This document shows, piece by piece, positions 40,756 to 43,636 of a stretch of 43,636 bases of DNA. This DNA is from a virus. Under the pieces are notes generated by a model. The model ran no database searches. It saw only the letters and a list, made by a program, of their open reading frames with translations, and was not told the DNA's origin. Both the position numbers and the translations under genes were made by a program. Numbering within the stretch: the stretch's first letter is position 1; each line of letters opens with the position of its first letter. Location of the stretch: positions 1 through 43,636 of IMG/VR virus record IMGVR_UViG_3300034069_000547, one strand, 5' to 3'.

Positions 40756-42152
40756 CAGCGCCGGCCCCCATTCTCATAATGGAACTCGACGCCCTTAAGG
40801 TATGTCCACAGCCCTTGAACGGTGATCCGCGTGACGAACTCGCGGGCGTTGACGCGCATGGGCACGTCGCCATTCGGCCGCATCGGCGCGCTGTATTCCG
40901 TCTGTGATAGCCCGCCTGCGCGAGCGGCCGACGAAACCGTCACAGACACGTCGGTCGCGTCGGTATTGAGCCGCACCAGCCTCAATCGCGCGCGGTCGTC
41001 GGCCAACTCCATGCGCGCGAGGCCTACCGTGGCGCTTTTCGGGTCGCCAGACAGCGTGCCCACTGTGCCGTCACTCGTTCCGACCAGAAAAAGGGGATTG
41101 CCTCCCGAAAAGAACGCGTCATCCAGGCTGATCGGCACGGCATCAAGGTTGCCGAACACGGCGTCCACGGCATCGAGCGAGATATTGGCCGTGAAGCCAG
41201 AGAAAATCAGTCGAGTGTCGTTCTGGATCGTCGTCCAGCGATCGAGCGTCCAGTGATAGCACCATAGCATCCCCGGCGTGCCAGGCATCGCCCACACGAC
41301 GATGTTACGGGTCGGATCAACGGCGGCATACATGCCGGTGATGATGTCTTGCCGGCTGTAGGTCGCAAAAAGTGTCCGATCGATCTTCTCCGCGCCGATC
41401 GGCTTTACGTCGTTGCCGTCCGTCATGTTGAAGCCGCGCTCGGACAGGAAAAACACCAGCCGCCCGGCTTGCGCGACGCTGCCCTTGGCCATGCAGCCGA
41501 TGTTGCTGCTGATTGTGTCGAACTGAAAAATGATGTCGGGACCGACGTAGGTCATCCGCTTGATGGCATCGCGTTGGAGGATCACGCCGTATTCGCCGCC
41601 GGCAAGCCCCATGACCTCGCCACCGTCTAGCATCTGCTGACTGTCGGCCTGATCGTCCGTGCTGTTCCAGATCGTGCTGTTGTTGAGGCCGCTCCATGAC
41701 ACGGTGAGCTTGGCATTCGGATCGCCAGCCACGACCACGAAGTCCCGTACCGTCGTCACCATGTCGGACAGAGGCGGATTGCCCGCGAGCTGCGCGGCCG
41801 TGCCGGTGAGCAGATCGTAGCTGATCGGATGCGAGCCGTTTGCCGCAATCACGTTGTCGCCGAACTGCGCGAACCGCCAACGCGATGCCGCCAACGACCC
41901 CAGCACCGACGCCCATGTCAGACTGGAATACCGGTACAGGTCGGTAGCCGTACCCGACAGGAACGACGTTACCCCGGTTGAGCTGACGAACGCCGCGCCC
42001 CCGCTGATGCCAGGGAGGGCGGGCGTCAGCTTCTGAAAGTCCCGCACCGGCGTATAGCCGGCCTCGGTCGGGTAAACGTTGGTCGCGACGATCACCTGCC
42101 CGGCTGGCGGCAGATCAGGCAGGAAGGGGCCAAGGTCGACTTTGCTACGCAC
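40755..42152 (-). CDS. Tail hub / tubular-type protein (465 aa from GTG 42152)
   Basis: Large beta-rich protein directly after the adaptor-like gene. Identity inferred from position and size only. Confidence 0.5.
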   Translation of the reverse strand: MRSKVDLGPFLPDLPPAGQVIVATNVYPTEAGYTPVRDFQKLTPALPGISGGAAFVSSTGVTSFLSGTATDLYRYSSLTWASVLGSLAASRWRFAQFGDNVIAANGSHPISYDLLTGTAAQLAGNPPLSDMVTTVRDFVVVAGDPNAKLTVSWSGLNNSTIWNSTDDQADSQQMLDGGEVMGLAGGEYGVILQRDAIKRMTYVGPDIIFQFDTISSNIGCMAKGSVAQAGRLVFFLSERGFNMTDGNDVKPIGAEKIDRTLFATYSRQDIITGMYAAVDPTRNIVVWAMPGTPGMLWCYHWTLDRWTTIQNDTRLIFSGFTANISLDAVDAVFGNLDAVPISLDDAFFSGGNPLFLVGTSDGTVGTLSGDPKSATVGLARMELADDRARLRLVRLNTDATDVSVTVSSAARAGGLSQTEYSAPMRPNGDVPMRVNAREFVTRITVQGLWTYLKGVEFHYENGGRR

Positions 42153-42792
42153 GACCGCCCCACGTCTGCGCAACAGGACTCCGCATAGCGAGAGGCCCGC
42201 CATAGCTTGCCGACCGGGCCGTCAGGTTGAGCTGGTCGATCGCGCCTTGAAACAATGACGCCCACTGCGCGGCGCGATCGGGGTTCTCGATGTAGGCCTC
42301 AGCCTGCGCCAACGCACCGTAAAGGTAGATATCCGGGTGCGCCGTTAGCAGCCAATTGACCGTAGCTGCGGGCGTCAGAGCCGAAATGCGCTGCCAATAG
42401 TTGAGGATCAGCACGCCGGTATCGGCAGGAGCTATCGTCACCGATCCGTTGGCGATCGCATAGCCGCGGGCATAACCGGCCGACCATGATCGGTAGGCGG
42501 CCAAGCTGGCGGGCGACATGCCCGGCAATGGTCGCCCGCCAACCGTCAGCCCGCGCACATGCAGGAAGTCAGCAGGCAACGGGAACGAGCCGTCGATGAG
42601 AACCGGCATCACCGCCGCTTCCATCTCCAGCGTCCGTAGCTCGCGGTTGAGGTGCTTTTCGGCGAGCGTGATAAACGTCGGGATATAGGCGTCGAGGTCG
42701 CTGCCCCGGTCGAGCCACAGCTTGATCTTATCCACCAGCGAGTTGTAATCGCTGATGTCGCTGAAACTGCCGAGATTGATCGCGACGGCCAT
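42145..42792 (-). CDS. Head-to-tail adaptor-like protein (215 aa)
   Basis: First gene after an A/T-rich intergenic island. AGGAG upstream. Function assigned by position. Confidence 0.45.
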   Translation of the reverse strand: MAVAINLGSFSDISDYNSLVDKIKLWLDRGSDLDAYIPTFITLAEKHLNRELRTLEMEAAVMPVLIDGSFPLPADFLHVRGLTVGGRPLPGMSPASLAAYRSWSAGYARGYAIANGSVTIAPADTGVLILNYWQRISALTPAATVNWLLTAHPDIYLYGALAQAEAYIENPDRAAQWASLFQGAIDQLNLTARSASYGGPLAMRSPVAQTWGGRA

Positions 42793-42890
42793 TCCGGAGT
42801 GCGCTCCTGTTCCCTACACGGAAACGGCTGCGCTCAGGCTGGGCTCGTTATACTCTGCTTATATCAGGTGCGCTCACAATGGAAGCACCT

Positions 42891-43085
42891 TCACCCTGCT
42901 AGCTTCGCCACAATTGCCTGATAAATCGTGCCAGCATCGACGGTCGGCGCGATCGGCGGATCAAACGAGACGATCACGGGCGATCCGTTGATGTTCACCT
43001 TTTGCGCGACGGCGAAAACATAGAACCCGTCGCCATTGGTGATGAGATAGAACGGAACGCCGTTGACTTCGATATCCGTGGGCAT
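42891..43085 (-). CDS. Hypothetical protein (64 aa)
   Basis: The start lies 2 nt after the stop of the exported-protein gene. Confidence 0.5.
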   Translation of the reverse strand: MPTDIEVNGVPFYLITNGDGFYVFAVAQKVNINGSPVIVSFDPPIAPTVDAGTIYQAIVAKLAG

Positions 43086-43087
43086 TG

Positions 43088-43636
43088 TTATTGCCTTCCT
43101 ACGATCATGACAGTGAGCCCCGCTCCGGGATTGGAGACGGGAGAGACGACCAATCCGCTAAGTGCCAGAAGAGTGCCGGGCAGCGTTGTTGAAGTTAGCG
43201 CGTAGCATTTGCCGGTCGCGCCCGTGGTGCTGAGTGTCAGCACGTCGCAGGCAAGTGGCTGACTGCCCCCGAGCGCTTCCGCATGCCCGTAGGTGGGCGT
43301 TGCTCCGAAGGGGACCGGCCATGTAGCGACCCATGTCCCATCGCCGGCGCTCGTCACGCGCGTTGATTGGACCTGTGTCGGTCGGGTTGCGTCGGGGCGA
43401 GTCATGCAGGGCGTGCCAGTGCCGACTGTACCCGTCAACGTATCAGGCAGAGGCGCGGTACATGGCGAAGGAGTTGATGCCGTGATCGCGGCCGTCAGAG
43501 TTGACGGCTGAACCGCTGTTGCCGCCTGCGCCTGAACAGCCTGCACCTGCGCTTGAAGACCCGCGACATCGGTCGGAGTAGCAGGTAGCGTCACTGCGCC
43601 CGGCTCGGCCGGCGGACCTCGATACGACTGCGCTAA
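43088..43636 (-). CDS. Exported Thr/Gly/Ala-rich protein; the window truncates its 5' end (full gene 198 aa across the junction, start at 189)
   Basis: The reading frame stays open to the window end. The missing N-terminus (signal peptide plus lipobox-like ITAC) is readable at 189..100 in the left copy. Confidence 0.65.
   Translation of the reverse strand, partial: LAQSYRGPPAEPGAVTLPATPTDVAGLQAQVQAVQAQAATAVQPSTLTAAITASTPSPCTAPLPDTLTGTVGTGTPCMTRPDATRPTQVQSTRVTSAGDGTWVATWPVPFGATPTYGHAEALGGSQPLACDVLTLSTTGATGKCYALTSTTLPGTLLALSGLVVSPVSNPGAGLTVMIVGRQ
43496..43636. repeat. Terminal direct repeat, right copy (exact match to 1..141)
   Basis: Identical to 1..141. It lies inside coding sequence, which argues against a true non-coding physical end repeat. 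Confidence 0.97.

Noticed and set aside
31560-43636. A diversity-generating retroelement, as in BPP-1-like podophages
   Set aside because: There is no reverse-transcriptase ORF. I also found no template/variable repeat pair near the fibre or spike genes.

Overview
High-GC window that appears to be one complete temperate phage genome. The first and last 141 nt are identical, so the unique unit is 43,495 bp (circular or circularly permuted). The architecture looks podovirus-like: no sheath or major-tail/tape-measure chaperone set was recognised. Transcription diverges from a Cro/CI-type switch at about 15.65-16.1 kb. The leftward block is on the minus strand (15666 down to 189, wrapping to 43636 down to 28696). 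It carries a Cro-like regulator, a GIY-YIG nuclease, a 44-aa membrane peptide and a C5 DNA methyltransferase. These are followed by HTH and GcrA-like regulators, a VRR-NUC nuclease and a RecA-fold helicase with an iteron array inside its 3' end. Next come small and large terminase, portal, scaffold and capsid, then an exported SGNH esterase and an exported/lipoprotein gene that spans the window junction. The block ends with adaptor, tail and ejection proteins, a beta-helix tailspike and a GH24 lysis cassette. The rightward block is on the plus strand (15743-28320) and holds about 37 mostly tiny genes chained by ATGA/GTGA overlaps. It includes a YqaJ exonuclease, an Ead/Ea22-like protein, DUF551-like proteins, a tyrosine integrase, an HNH endonuclease and an accessory island. 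I found no tRNA, rRNA, CRISPR array or reverse transcriptase. The best second-look items are the exported esterase/lipoprotein pair, the in-gene iteron origin with a G5/C5 palindrome knot, and the coupled GIY-YIG/TM-peptide/methyltransferase trio. Also worth checking are the three-copy GTTTAG-N5-CTAAAC operator system, an opposite-strand secreted-protein moron, and a gene cassette flanked by 18-bp direct repeats. All product calls come from motifs read by eye and from gene order. No database search was possible.
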